A stretch of 64,000 nucleotides of DNA from the human T2T-CHM13v2.0 reference genome, Homo sapiens: assembly GCF_009914755.1 (NCBI RefSeq), contig NC_060938.1. One strand, given 5' to 3'. The translations under genes were made by a program, and so were the position numbers. Shown piece by piece: positions 47,400 to 59,699 of the stretch. Positions within the stretch are counted from its first letter, which is position 1; each line of letters starts with the position of its first letter. The notes below the pieces were generated by a model that was given only the letters and a program-made list of their open reading frames with translations, was not told the DNA's origin and searched no databases.

Positions 47400-50300
47400 C
47401 TCTCCTGCTCTGCCCTGGCTCAGCCCTAGTGCTGGCTCTGCCCCTAGTCCTACTACATCCCTGGACCTGACCCTTCCCTGGTCCAGCCGCTGCCCTGGCC
47501 CTTCCCATCTTCAGGCCTTACCATGGCCCTACCCTGGTCCTGACCCTGCCCTGGTCTGGTCCTGACCCTGGCCCTACCCCAGAGAAGGGGTATGGCAGAG
47601 CCAGGGAAGGGCCGGGGCAAATAAGGGACAGGACACATCCAAATCCAGGAAAGGGCCAGGGCCATGACAGAGCCAGGGCGAGTCCTTGGCAGGGCCAGGT
47701 TCCAGGCCAGGGCCAGGAAAGGGTCATGGCAGGGTCACTGTATGGCCAAGGTCCAGGCCAAAGCCAAGGCAGTGGCAGGGTCAGGTCTGCATAAGGGCAG
47801 GACCAGAGCCAGTGATACAGCAGGGCCACGGCCAGGGCCAGGGCTGTGCCAGGACAGAACAAGAGCAGAGCAGGGCAGGACCACAGCCAGGCCATAGAGA
47901 GGGTAGGGCAAATGCCAAGGCAAGGCCAGGGTAGTGCCAGGGCTGAGGCAAGGTCAGGGAAGGTCCAGGGCTGAGTCAAGGTTAGAACCAAGACAGGGGC
48001 AAAGGCTGGGGCAGATCTAGGGCACAAGCGGGGCAGATCTAGGGCACAAGCATGGCAGGCTAGGGCAGGGCAATGGCAAGACCAGGTCATGGCAGGGCCA
48101 GCCCAGGATAGAACAGGGCACAGGCAGGGCAGGGCCAGGGCCATGGCTGGGGCAGGACAAGGACCAGGACTGGGGTCCAGGCCAGGGCAAGGGTATGGCC
48201 AGGGCAGAGGTAGGGCCAGAGCCAGGGTGTGGGCAGGACCAAGGCAGGTCTATTGCAGGGCCAGGGTTCAGACCAGGGCCAGAGCAGGGCTGGGACAGGG
48301 CCAGGGCCAGAACCAGGAAAGGGCAATGTCAGGACAAGGGCCATGGCAGGACCAGCAACGGGGCTAGGGCCAGGACAGGGTCAGGACCAGGGCTGGGCCA
48401 GGGTATGGCCTTAAGTAGTGAAGGGCCAGGGCCAGGGTCCATGCCAGTGCCAGTGCCGGTCCAGGGCAGAGGCAGGGGCATGGCCAGGTCAAGGACAAGG
48501 CTGGGGCAGGGCCAAGGTCTGGGTCAGGGTCAGCACAAGACCAGGACAGAGCCAGGGGAGGGACAGGGCCATGGTAAGACCAGGTTAAATCATGGACAAG
48601 ACACCTGCAAATCCACTTCAGGGCCAGGTCAGGGCAGGGCCAGTTCAGGGCCAGGGTCATTGGCAGGGCCAGGGCCATGGCAGGACCAGGGTCAGGAACA
48701 GGGGTCAATGCCAGAGCAAGGCCACAGATAGGACCAGGTCTGTGCTAGGGCCAGTGTGAGGGCCAAGGCGGGGTCAGAGCAGGCCCAAAGGGAGGGCAGG
48801 GCCAGGGCAGGGTGGAGCAGGCCCAGGGTAGCACAGGGTTAAGGTAGGGAACGACCAACCAGGGCAGGTCTATGGCTGGGGCCAGGGCAGGGCCAGGGCT
48901 GGGGCAGGGCCAGAGCCAGGGCAGGGCCAAGACAGTGGCAGCTCCAGGGCAGGGCCAGGGTTAGGACCACGGACATGTCCAAGGCCAGTGCCATGGCAAG
49001 GGCAAGGGCAGGGGCAGGGCCAGGGTCATCTAAGAACCAGGGACAAAGCCAGGCCCAGAGCTGGGCCAGGACAGGTACCTGGCAGGGCTAGGGTCTGGGA
49101 CAGGGCCACGGCAGGGCCAGGGCCACAACCAGGTCTGTGCTATAGCCAGGTCAAACACAGTGCCCAGGTAAGGCTAGGGTGAAGGCCAAGGTAGGGCCAG
49201 GGCAGGGTCAAAGCCAGGCTAGGGCCAAGGCAGGGCCAGGAAAGCATAGGGCCAGGGCAGGGCAGGGCCAGGCCAGTGCCAAGACCTGGGCAGGGCCAGG
49301 GCCAGGGCCACGGCCATGGCCTGGGAAGGACCAGGTTCGGGGCAGGAGCACAACAAGGGCAAGGACAGTACAGGTTCTTGGCACAGCCAGGGTCCAGGAC
49401 AGTGTCAGGGCAGGGCCAAGGCAGGGTCTGGGCCATGGTAAGACCAGCAACAGGGCTGGGGCTAGGTCAGTGACAGGACCAGAGTCAGGGCAAGGGCCAG
49501 AGCAGTGCAAGGCCAGGGTAGGGCCAGGCATTTCAGGGTCAGGGCCAGGGGAGAACCAGGGCAAGGTCTCAAGCAGGGAAGGACCAGGGCCAGGACAGGT
49601 CCAGGGCAGGGCCATGACAGGACCAGGGGCTGCGTTAGGGCAAGGGCAGGGCCACAGCAAGGTAAGGGTCAGGGCCAAGGCTAGGGTAGGGACAGGGCAA
49701 GAAATATGGCAGGACCAGGGGCAATGCCAAGGCCAAGGCTGAGTCAGGGCTGAGTCAGGGCAGGGCAGGGCAGGGCATGGTATGGCCAGGGCAGGAAAGG
49801 ACAAGAGCCAGTCCACAGAGAGAGCAGGGCTGATGCCAAGAAAGAGCCAGGCTAGTGCCAAGGCTGAGGCAGTGTCAGAGCATGTCCAGGGCAGGGCCGG
49901 GGCCAGGGCCAGAACCGAGCCAGGGCACAGCCAAGGCAGGGTAGGGCAGGGAAATAGCGTGGCCGGGTCAGTACTGGGGCAGGGCAGAGCAGGGCAAGGC
50001 GATGGTAGGGGCAGGGCTGAGACAGGCCAAAGAAGAGCCATGTTACACCGGGGCCAGGACACCTCCAAGTCCACTTCAGGGCCAAGGCTATGGCAGGACA
50101 AAGACCAGGGCCAGGGTCAGAGCCAGGTCTGTGCTCGGCCAGGGTCAGAGCCAGGTCTGTGCTGGGCCTAGCGAAGACTAGGGTGAGGGCCAAGGTAAGG
50201 CCAGGGCAGGGTCAAAGGCAGAGTAGGGGCAGGGCAGGGTGATGACACATCCAGAGCACAGCAGGGCAGGGTGATGGCAAGACCAGGGGCAGACCACTGC

Positions 50301-51058
50301 CAGCTCAGGGCCAGGGAAAGGCCAGTGCAGAGCCAGGAATGGGTCTGGGTCTGGGTCAGGGCCAGGAACAAGGCAGAGCAGGGCCAGGGCCATGGCAGAG
50401 TCAGGGCAGGTCCTTGACAGGACCAGGTTCCAGGCCAGGGCCAGGGCAGCAGCAGGGGCAAGGCCTGGATAAGGGCAGGGCCAGGGATATGGCAGGACCA
50501 GGGCTAGGGCCAGGGCCAGGCCATAGTGAGGGCAGGGCAAAAGCCAAGGCAGGGTCAGGGCAGGTCCAGGGAGCGGCCAGCACCAAGCGGGGCCAAGGCA
50601 CAACCAGCGCAGGGTAAGGCAGGGCAATGGCACCACTGGGCCATGACAGGGCAAGGTCAGTGCCAGGAGAGGGCAGAACAGGCAGGCCCATGGTGGGGCC
50701 AGGGCAGGGATGGGCCAAAGCAGGGCCAGGACATTTCCAAGGCCAGGTCAGGGCCAGAACAGGGGCAGGACCATGACCATTGGCAGGGCCAGTGCCATGA
50801 CAGGACCAGGGTCAGGACAAGGGGCAGGGCCAGAGCCAGGGCCAGAGCCAAGGTCAGGCCAGTGCAGGTTCAGGGCAGGGCCAGTGCCAGGGCAAGACCA
50901 GGGCAGGGACAGGGTAGCACAGGGCCAAGACAGGGTCAGGATGGGACCAGAGCAGGACAGGGCCGAGACAGTCCAGGTAACAGTAGGGCAGGTACAGGGC
51001 AAGGCAGGGCAGTACAGGGCCAGATCCACGGCAGGCGCAGGGCAAAGCCAGGCCCATT
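47400..51058. repeat. CAGGG-type repeat block 2 (47400-47580 C-rich, remainder G-rich)
   Basis: Same unit family as block 1; orientation switch at about 47583. Confidence 0.9.
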
Positions 51059-51059
51059 G

Positions 51060-52338
51060 CCAATGCACCAGCCCTCCCTACAAGGCTCCTACTACCTGGC
51101 CACTGCTGCAGCCCATCCATCGCTGTAAGCCTGACTCCCAACCCTGCCTGCAGCCGCCTGCCCTCCTAGCGCGGCCGCTCTCCTACCGCTCTGGCGCACT
51201 GCAGTCTCCGTCACTGCCATCCACCTGCAGCGAGGCGAGCCATGGTGTTGCAGGCTCTAGGTGTCTCCTCCTCTTCCTGGCACGGAGCAGCTGGGCGGGC
51301 AAAGCCAGAAAAGCCTAGAGGAAGTTGTGAGGAGTGGAAGGGTTAGAGCCTCAACTTGTCATGCCAGCCACTGGGTGGCAGGGGCCAGTTTCAGCAAAGG
51401 CACTCACACCCACCCTCCAAAGTCCAGCCTCTCCTTTTGGCCCAAGCTGTCTGGGAACTGGGGTCTGGGGTGGGTGCTGGAGACACCACAGATTCCAGCT
51501 CCCCACTCCACAGGAACCATTGGGCCCACCGGGGCTGCACTCCTCGGGGAACAGGAGAAGCAGAAAAATTCAGACCCAGCCAGCCCTCCACACCCAGGTG
51601 CCAATTCCTGTTCCGGACACCTCCACGCACAGGGCCCTGTCCCCCGTGGTGTCCCCAGGGGTGCCTGGCAGCCTCTGAGGCACAGACCCAGAGTGCATAG
51701 GCCCAGGAACCACGGTGGGTGTGGGGGCTCTGCCATGCTCAGGATTCCCATGCAAACGCTGCGTGCCCTGCCACACTCCAGTATGACCAAGAGTGGGTTG
51801 CCCTCTGGAGTGTGGAGTCAGGGAGAGGAGAACCACTCCTTCCTTGGATGCCAACTCTGTTGACCGCCGCCAGCAGTGCAGCCCCTGATAGCACCGAACT
51901 CGCCCGCCCTCCACGGCTAGTCCTGCCCTCAATAGCGCCCCCCACCTCCGTCCCCCAATGCCGCCAGTAGCGTATACCCGATAGTGCCCTAACCTGTCCT
52001 CCTCCATGGGCACTGCAGCCCCAGAAAGCACCCATAACACACCCTCCCTGCCGTGGGTAGTGCAGCCCTGTGGAGTGCTACCAACCAGTACCCCTAATGC
52101 AGGCAATGACACCCTGGATAGCGCCCCCAACCCACCCCACACTGCGAAAGGTGCAGCCCTGGATAGCCCCTGTCCTACCACTCTGGTTGTGCTGCAGTCT
52201 CTGTTACTGCCACCACCAACCACAGTGAGGCAAGCCAGTGGGCTGCAGGCTCTAGCACCCAGCAGCCAGGCATGGAGCAGCTCTCGCTGATGGCCGGCTC
52301 CTACCACTCTAACCACGCTGCTGTCTGTCTCTGTGGCC
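51060..52338. repeat. REP522-like GC-rich interspersed repeat, part 1
   Basis: Recurring cagtgcagccc(c)tg(g)atagc.ccc..aacc module and gcaggctctag motif; family name from memory. Confidence 0.55.
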
Positions 52339-53636
52339 ATCTTCTTTCACTACAAAGGAATAAAACTAGGTATCAATAAGAAAAGTAATTTTGGAAACAA
52401 TACAATCACATGGAAGTTAAATACTACCCTCCTGAATAAATGACTAGCGGGTCAATGAAGATACTAACACAGAAATTCAAAAATTTCATGAAACAAAGGG
52501 TAATGAAAACACAGTATACCAAGACTTGTTACGCAGAAAGCAGTACAAAGGCAGAGATTTACAGCTATAAGTGCCTACCATCCAAACAAAAGAAAAACTT
52601 CAAATAAACAATACATCTTAAAGAACTAGTAAAGTAAGAACAAACTAAACCAAAAATAAGAAAATAACTAAGATCGTAGCAGAAACAAAATTGAAATAAA
52701 AAACACACAAGATTAAACGAAAAGTTGGTTTTCTGGAAAGCTAAACAAAATTGACAAACTTTTAACCAGCCTAAGAAAAGAGACAAGATTCAAATAAATA
52801 AAATCAACAGATTAAAAAAAGGAGACATTACAACTAATACTTCAGAAATTCAAAGGATCATAACTGGCTATTATATGCCAATAAATTGGAAAGCCTAGTA
52901 GAAATTGGCAAATTCCTAGATGCATACAACCTACTTAGGTTAAACAATGAAAACATCCAAGACCAGAACAGATTGGTAACAAGTAATGAGATTGAAGCCA
53001 TCAGAAAAAGTCTCCCAGTAAAGAAAAGCCCAGGAACTGATGTCTTCACTGCTGATGGCTTCACAGCAAACAATTTAAAGACCTAGTACGAATCCTGCTC
53101 AAACTATTTTGAAAAACAGGAGGGAATACTTCCAAACTTATTCTATGAGACCATTATTACTGTGATACAAAAATCAGATAAAAGCATCAAAGAAGGAAAC
53201 TACAGGCCAGTATCTCTAATATTGATGCAAAAATCCTCAACAAAATACCAGTGAATCAAATTCAGTAATACATTAAAAAGATAATTCATCATGATCAAGT
53301 GGGATGTATCCCTGGGATGCAAGAGTCACTCAACATACAATGTGATACATCATATCAACCAAATAAATGACAAAAACAGTATGATCACGTCAACTGAAAC
53401 CGAAAAAGCATTTGATGAAATTCAACATCCCTTCATGCTATAAATCCTCAAAGAAACAGGCACAAAAGAAACATACCGCAACATAATAAAAACTACAGGA
53501 AAGACACCCACAGCTAGAATCATATGGAATGGGGAAAAATGGAAAGCTTTTCCTCTAAGATCTGGAACATGATAAGGATGCCCCCTGTCACCACTGTTGT
53601 TTAACATAGTACCTGAAATCCTAGCTAAAGCAATCA
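52339..53636 (+). mobile_element. Internal L1 ORF2 fragment (EN end to RT), no 5' or 3' terminus
   Basis: Degenerate TWKLN.., [43 protein letters not shown] coding. Confidence 0.88.
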
Positions 53637-54130
53637 GTGCAGCCCCTGATATGGCCCCCAACCCACCCTGCCCCCTACCACCAGCAGTGTCGCCCCCCCC
53701 AATAGCACACCCAACATACCCAAACTGCCCCGCCTCCCTGGACCATGGGCATTACAGCACCCCATAGCGCCCTCAACCGAAACCGCCACCCCACCCCCCA
53801 CAGCCGCACAGTGCAGCCCTGGATAGCACACTTAGCCCACCTCACTGTTGCCAGCAATACAGTCTGGGATAGTGCCCCCAACCGGCTCCCCGCCAAAGGC
53901 AGTGCAGCCCCGGTTTGGGCCCCCAAACCACCCCCCGGTGCAGGCAGCACAGCCCCAGATAGCACACCCAACCAGCCACCCAAGATGGGCAGTGACACCT
54001 GAGATAGGGCTCCCAACCCGTCCCAGGCCACCCGCAGTGCAGCCTGGATAGTGCACTTACCCCGATGCCTTTCTACGCTCTGGCTGGCTGCAGTGTCCAT
54101 CGCTGCCACCAACCACAAACAGGGCTGCAA
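53637..54130. repeat. REP522-like repeat, part 2
   Basis: Same gtgcagccc..gatag module repeated about every 50-60 bp. Confidence 0.55.
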
Positions 54131-54134
54131 ACAG

Positions 54135-54550
54135 GAAGGATTTTATTCACCGTCGATGCGGCCCCGAGTTGTCCCAAAGCGAGGCAGTGCCCCAAGGTCT
54201 GTGCAGAGCAGAACGCGGCTCCGCCCTCGCAATGCTCTCCGGGTCTGTGCCGAGGAGAACGCAGCTCCGCCCTTGCAAAGGCACACAGCGCCGGTGCCGG
54301 CGCGGCGGAGAGGCGGACAGCGGCGGCGCGGCGGAGAGGCGGACAGCGGCGGCGCGGCGGAGAGGCGGACAGCGGCGGCGCGGCGGAGAGGCGGTCAGCG
54401 GCGGCGCGGCGGAGAGGCGGTCAGCGGCGGCGCGGCGGAGAGGCGGACAGCGGCGGCGCGGCGGAGAGGCGGTCAGCGGCGGCGCGGCGGAGAGGCGGAC
54501 AGCGGCGGCGAGGGGCACAGCGGCGGCGCAGGCGCAGAGAGGCGCAGGCC
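54135..54550 (+). repeat. TAR1 telomere-associated repeat (61-bp-type and 29-bp-type units), interstitial
   Basis: gtctgtgcagagcagaacgcggctccgccctcgc..tgctctccgggtctgtgc.gaggagaacgcagctccgcc..tgcaaaggc and ggcgcaggcgcagagaggcgc match the sequence adjacent to human telomeres. Confidence 0.88.
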
Positions 54551-55025
54551 CAGGCTCCACTCTCCAGCTGTGAAAGGGTAAGAGCTGAGGGTGGCTGAGA
54601 CTCGGGGTTGTTCAGGGCGGGGTGGGCTCTGGACCCAGCAGGCCCGGCACCCAGGTCAGGGCTCCAGGGGAGGCCAGGTGGGCGAAGGCCAAGAAGGGGC
54701 CGGGGCTGGTCAGGAAGGGCTCCTGGTGACCAGAGCACTTTACGTGAGCCAGGTGGGAGGAAGGTGGCCTGGATGAGCCAGGGAGGTGCCAGGAGGGGCC
54801 TTGGCAGAGGCGACCACCTCCGTCAGCCCCCAGGCCACTGAACCCTGGGTAGCGAGAACCGACAGGGGAGGCTGCAGACAGAGGAGTGGAGGCTCCCCGG
54901 CTTTGGGGGCTCTGAGTAGAAGCATCTAGGGGGTCCCTCAAGACGACCCCAAACGCTTCCCCATGGTGAGAAAAGAAGGCGCAGAGAGGGGCACGGCGCC
55001 GGCTCCGGCGCAGAGGGGCGCACAG
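54140..55025. promoter_or_regulatory. CpG island, candidate promoter; plus-strand splice donor AGG|GTAAGA at 54577/54578
   Basis: High CpG density compared with the GC-rich but CpG-poor CAGGG block; TAR1 islands are known TERRA/lncRNA promoters. Confidence 0.6.
54299..54506 (+). repeat. VNTR, 8 x 26 bp GGCGCGGCGGAGAGGCGG(A/T)CAGCGGC
   Basis: Units counted directly; variant order A,A,A,T,T,A,T,A. Confidence 0.95.
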
Positions 55026-55084
55026 CAAGATTTGAGGTGATTTCTTTTATTGCCCCAAGTGTACTTCATGTTCAGGCAAGAGGA

Positions 55085-55278
55085 GTCTGAATTATAGGAT
55101 GTTTAGAAGCTTCCCTGGCCTCTATCTCTAGATGCCAATAGTACCTGTACCTCTAGTTGTGACAGCCAAAAGTGCATCTAGATGTTGCTAAATGTCCTCT
55201 GTGGGTCAAGATGCTTTTTTCAGACATTACTAAAGGTTCTCTGTACATTACAGTTATCCCTGGTGGAGAATCACTGAC
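55085..55278. mobile_element. MER20 (hAT-Charlie)
   Basis: taggatgtttagaagcttccctggcctcta...tagatgcca...gttgtgacagccaaaa...gagaatcactg. Confidence 0.8.
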
Positions 55279-55544
55279 TTGGAGCAAGAATTTCTTTTTT
55301 AAAATTGAAATAGAGAAAGCACTTACCTAGAGTTCAAAACAGAATATTGACATATAATTAGGTAGTGATTTGCAGGATAAGTTAGAGAAGGTAGAAATGG
55401 GAGGCAATGAGAATATGCAAAAATGATCATGTCAGTCTAGAAATGAATAGATGGGCTTATAAGCTAGAGCTCTGTGGCTCTGATAGTAATAGAGGCACTG
55501 ATAGTAATAGAATAGCAGCAGTTGTAGTGGTACTAGAAGCAGCA

Positions 55545-55720
55545 TTAATTGTGCAGTCATAAAAGTACTTCTCACAATTACCTTTAGAAATGTTTGCTAC
55601 TATGGTTATCCCCATACTGCCGATGAGGAAGCTGAGGTTTAGTGGTCACCCATGGCAATGGTTGGGATTCCAACTCGTATCTGTCTTGCTTCCAACACTT
55701 TCTATTGCTTCATCTCTGAA
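55545..55720 (-). mobile_element. MIR fragment
   Basis: ttatccccat...gatgaggaagctgaggttt...gggattccaactcgtatctgtct. Confidence 0.55.
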
Positions 55721-56619
55721 ACAGGCTTTGCATTCAAGTGGTTGACAGGAAAAAGCAGTCTGAATGGTCACACTCTCTGCTGTTTGTTAAATTATACTAT
55801 CCTTCCCAAAATCTCACTCTCTTTATTTAGAGATGTGAACAAAAATTGTTCCCCCTAAGAACGGCACAGGCTGGTACAACTTAGAGCCCCATCTGCTCTG
55901 GTTTGTTGGATACTGCCACATTACATTAATTAGTAGAGAGAGAGCATTCACATGCATAATGTGCCCATTTTTCAAAAGCATATTTTACATGGTTCTGTCT
56001 TTTCCTTAAAAATTCATTACAAAGATAAGAGTGTGTTTATCACATAAATACAGCCAAATTATGGCATAAGGGAGTTTTAAGAAAATAGACAAAAGAAGTT
56101 ATAAAATTTTAGACATTATAAAATATTTGTTACTGATATTATGCTATGTTTTTCATGCTATCTTAAAGACTTTTTATAGATATTATTCTATGCTCACAAC
56201 TAGATTTTGCAATTCCAGTATGCCCATGAATGGAGGAAACCTCCAGTTAGCTTGGTAATTAATTAGCTTCTTTTGTGAAATGTCCAAGCTGCTAATTTCT
56301 GTCTTTTTATTTTAAAATAGAACACCTTTTGTTTATTTCTCTGAGACACAGATTTCTCCTACAACTCCAAGTAGGAGAAATAAAAGGAGAAAAACTCCAG
56401 AAAGAACTGTTCGGAGTTGGTTAGAAGATTGTCCAGATGATCTTTATTTTAATGTTGGGAAAATATAGATGCCTATCTTGGAATCAGCAAATAAATTATA
56501 GTCATATTAAATTTCATTCTAAATTTCTGACTTTATGGTTTATTTTATATATATAATATATTATATATAAATAAAATTTTATATATGTATATCAGTAAAC
56601 ATATGAAACCATGCATAGT

Positions 56620-56790
56620 ACATAAAAACTAGGTTCAAGTAGGAACCCAGTTTACTTTGTTTCTCTGAGCTGTAGTTTCTCAGTATGTGAGGTGGGAATA
56701 AAATAGGAACTTCACAGGCTGTTAAATGTGTCAATGAGAGAATGTATATAAAATGCTTACACAATGACTAGCACAAACTATATTACATAT
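56620..56790 (+). mobile_element. MIR fragment
   Basis: ttctctgagctgtagtttctcag...acttcacaggctgtt...aatgagagaatgtatataaaatgctta. Confidence 0.6.
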
Positions 56791-59499
56791 GGTGACTCTC
56801 CTATCTTAACAGCTATTTACCAATCTCTGCAGTTGCCTTAATGGAATTGTAACAAAACTGGACATGAAAGGCTATTGTAATTTCAGCCCAATGCCTAACA
56901 TTTGTGGAAAAACATTTCAGCTTTTCTATGCATAGCATATTTTTCTCCACCAAACATCTGTGAAGGTGATTTTCATTTAACTATTTAATGGGTCAATAAC
57001 CTCCCTTCTATTTTCATATTCCATCTACATCATCAAAAAAGAAATTTTAATTACCCTTTGGATAAATAATAGGAATAAAATGACATGAATCAAAACACAG
57101 GGTTTATGCATATTCTCTATGAAAAACAGAACTAAAATGTTGTTAATAAATTTTACACCCATTAAGGAAATGTGTGAGTCTACCTGGTAGAATTAAAGTA
57201 TAGTTGAAACTATTGCTGTGGGATGAAATTATGCTCACTTTAATATTTCCGATATGTTTTCTTTGTACTAGAAAAAAACAGATATTTTAAAAATGCTGCA
57301 TTTATCTTTATCTCTCTGTGCACATGAGGATTTCATACCTTATTTTCACTTGAGTTTCTTTGAACAATGAACACTTTGGAGGAGTGTATGCTATATTAGG
57401 AATTTATTAGATTTCATCAAATGGCAGGTGGTTATGAATTTTGTTTCCAAAAAGGAGACCTGAGGGATATTCCATATTAAGGGTTTTATTCCCTTTTGGT
57501 GGAAACATGCAAATCATTTGTTTTTGCTAAAAAAACTATGAAATATTTCTTTCATTATTTCCCTTGGGAATGGCAGCTCGCTATTATTCGTAATTGTAAA
57601 TGCAGTTGACATTTTGAAGTTTATGTTCATGGGAATAAGATATTTTTTGGACATTTTAGTGATGCCAAGCCCAGGAAAATCTAGTTATTTTTTGCAATAC
57701 ACACGTACATACAGTATGTTAATTGGAGTAACAGAGATGGCCATTTCAAATTGGGCTCTGTTATTCATCTTTTTTTTTAGAGGCAAAGAGTGTTGGTAAG
57801 CGAATTTAACCAGAAGAGCAGTAGATTCTTTTGAAATAATGACATAGTGGAAAATAAAAACACATATACACCAAGAAACAATTTGTGAACTAAAACATGA
57901 TTAAATTTAATCTATTGCCATAAAGTAGAAAATGTTCGAAACAAGGAAGACTGTGTACTTTCAGCTAAACTGAAAATAAAATGACAACAAAAAAGCAGGA
58001 CTCTCCACAATTCAAGACTTGCTGCTTCTATGATGCCACACTCTTAATTATTTACCCCTGCTATATGAATGAGTGAGTGTTAACACTGATGTATTACACC
58101 TAAAAGATTGGAAGAGCATCTTTGATTCCATTCCAGTCCACCATGTCGTGCTAGAACCAGGACATCTGCCCTCCATAGTAAATCTCCATAAAATTTTACT
58201 GGGGAGAAAAGAATCCTCTACATATGAGGTAGAGATGTGAATCAGACAAGTCCTTAAATGCATGATTCATCTAACTGCCTCTGAATAATTGGTTAACTTC
58301 AGCCACCTGTATATATAAGCATGTAGGTGTTCAATGCCACCACACACTCTCCACAAACAGCTGCCCAGGGTTGCCAAAAGATAATTGCATGGTGGCAAAA
58401 TGTGCTGCTTGAACAGTGCCAATGTAAAGGATAAAAAACCAGGAACCATATTGTAAGGAAGTGAAGACTGTATTATACTAGGAATTCCACTTTAGAGTCC
58501 AATCTGACCATCTGAATCTGAATCGGACTGTAGTGGATGGACTGATGCTACCCTGCAGCCTTACTTCCTTAACTTTGTTTCCCCAGGCCCTAATATAAAC
58601 CCCAGGAAACAGGCATACAGCTGTATGCATTTGGCAGATTACTATCCATTTCATTGTTCAGTTGTTCTGGAAAGACACCGAATGCAACTGTAGCCTGGAA
58701 ATATTTGGAAAAATGGTACTGTTCCTGATATCTTTGTTTCTTCCTAAGTGACAGTTGAAGGTGACTGTCCTTTGTACAGTTCTGCCTGCTGTTAGCAATT
58801 TTCCAAAATTAAATACCATATTTTGTGTTTGATAGGCACAGCTGTGTCTGTTACCAAGGGCAAGCCCACTTGCACAACACTCTGTGTTCATTTATATACT
58901 GAGAACTTTATTTAGAACCCAGTTTTACAGAAAAAAATCAAGTTGGGTGAACCAATTTTGAGGGCAATGAATTCTTGAATTCTACTTTTGGGTTATGAAA
59001 AGGGCAAGTTTATTTGCTTCTGATGGAAGTAATATAGGCCTAGTGGATATCTTAGCAGTGCAGAAAATAGGATGTACCATCTACCTATATTAACTGTGTG
59101 TGCATTAATTTCTGAATCTGGTTTTAAAAACTCCATTGTGTTCTAAACCTGATAGTTTGGAAAGTTGTAAGACCGAGTCTAGAGACTCATGTTAAAATTC
59201 TAAATTTTGGTGCAAGAGGAATAGCTCTCGTTTTTGCCCAAGCCACTTTATTTTTCAATGTCTTCATTATTTTATCTGCCGATTGAACCCATCAGAGTAG
59301 AGGAATGCCCAGAATTATTTGAAGCTCTGAAAGTTCTACAATTTGGGCTAGAGAAATGGAATATACTAATTCTACCAATTAAGACACCAACTCTTCAGGC
59401 AAAATTAATTTAATACTTGGGGTATGATGGGTTGACCCTGAATATTTACAAGATACTAACATTGGAAAATGTTAGAGTGTGTCACATGGGACAAGAGTC

Positions 59500-59680
59500 T
59501 GTTAAGGTGTTCTACAAGAATGGGAGGTTGTGTGGTTAAACATTTGGCATGCTTGGCACATTTTTTCCCTCTTCCTGGAGAGTTGTAGTTTGCATTCACA
59601 TTTAAAGGATCTGAGAAATCCTGCAGAAAAGAAAATTATGTAGCTTTGTTTAACCCAATGTTTCCCAAACTTAGTGGACT
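59500..59680. mobile_element. MER103C-like hAT-Charlie fragment
   Basis: ctgagaaatcctgcag...tttgtttaacccaatgtttcccaaactta. Confidence 0.55.
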
Positions 59681-59699
59681 TTATGCATTCGACATCTTT

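Noticed and set aside
45443-51318. Dozens of overlapping GQG/PWP-rich ORFs
   Set aside because: Translations of the CAGGG repeat on both strands; no coding signature.
54051-54598. Arg/Ala/Gly-rich repetitive ORFs and a CRISPR-like periodic array
   Set aside because: A 26-bp head-to-tail VNTR with no unique spacers, in human DNA with no cas genes; the period is not a multiple of 3.
54130-54600. A true chromosome end or telomere fusion site
   Set aside because: No (TTAGGG)n or (CCCTAA)n array is present in the window.
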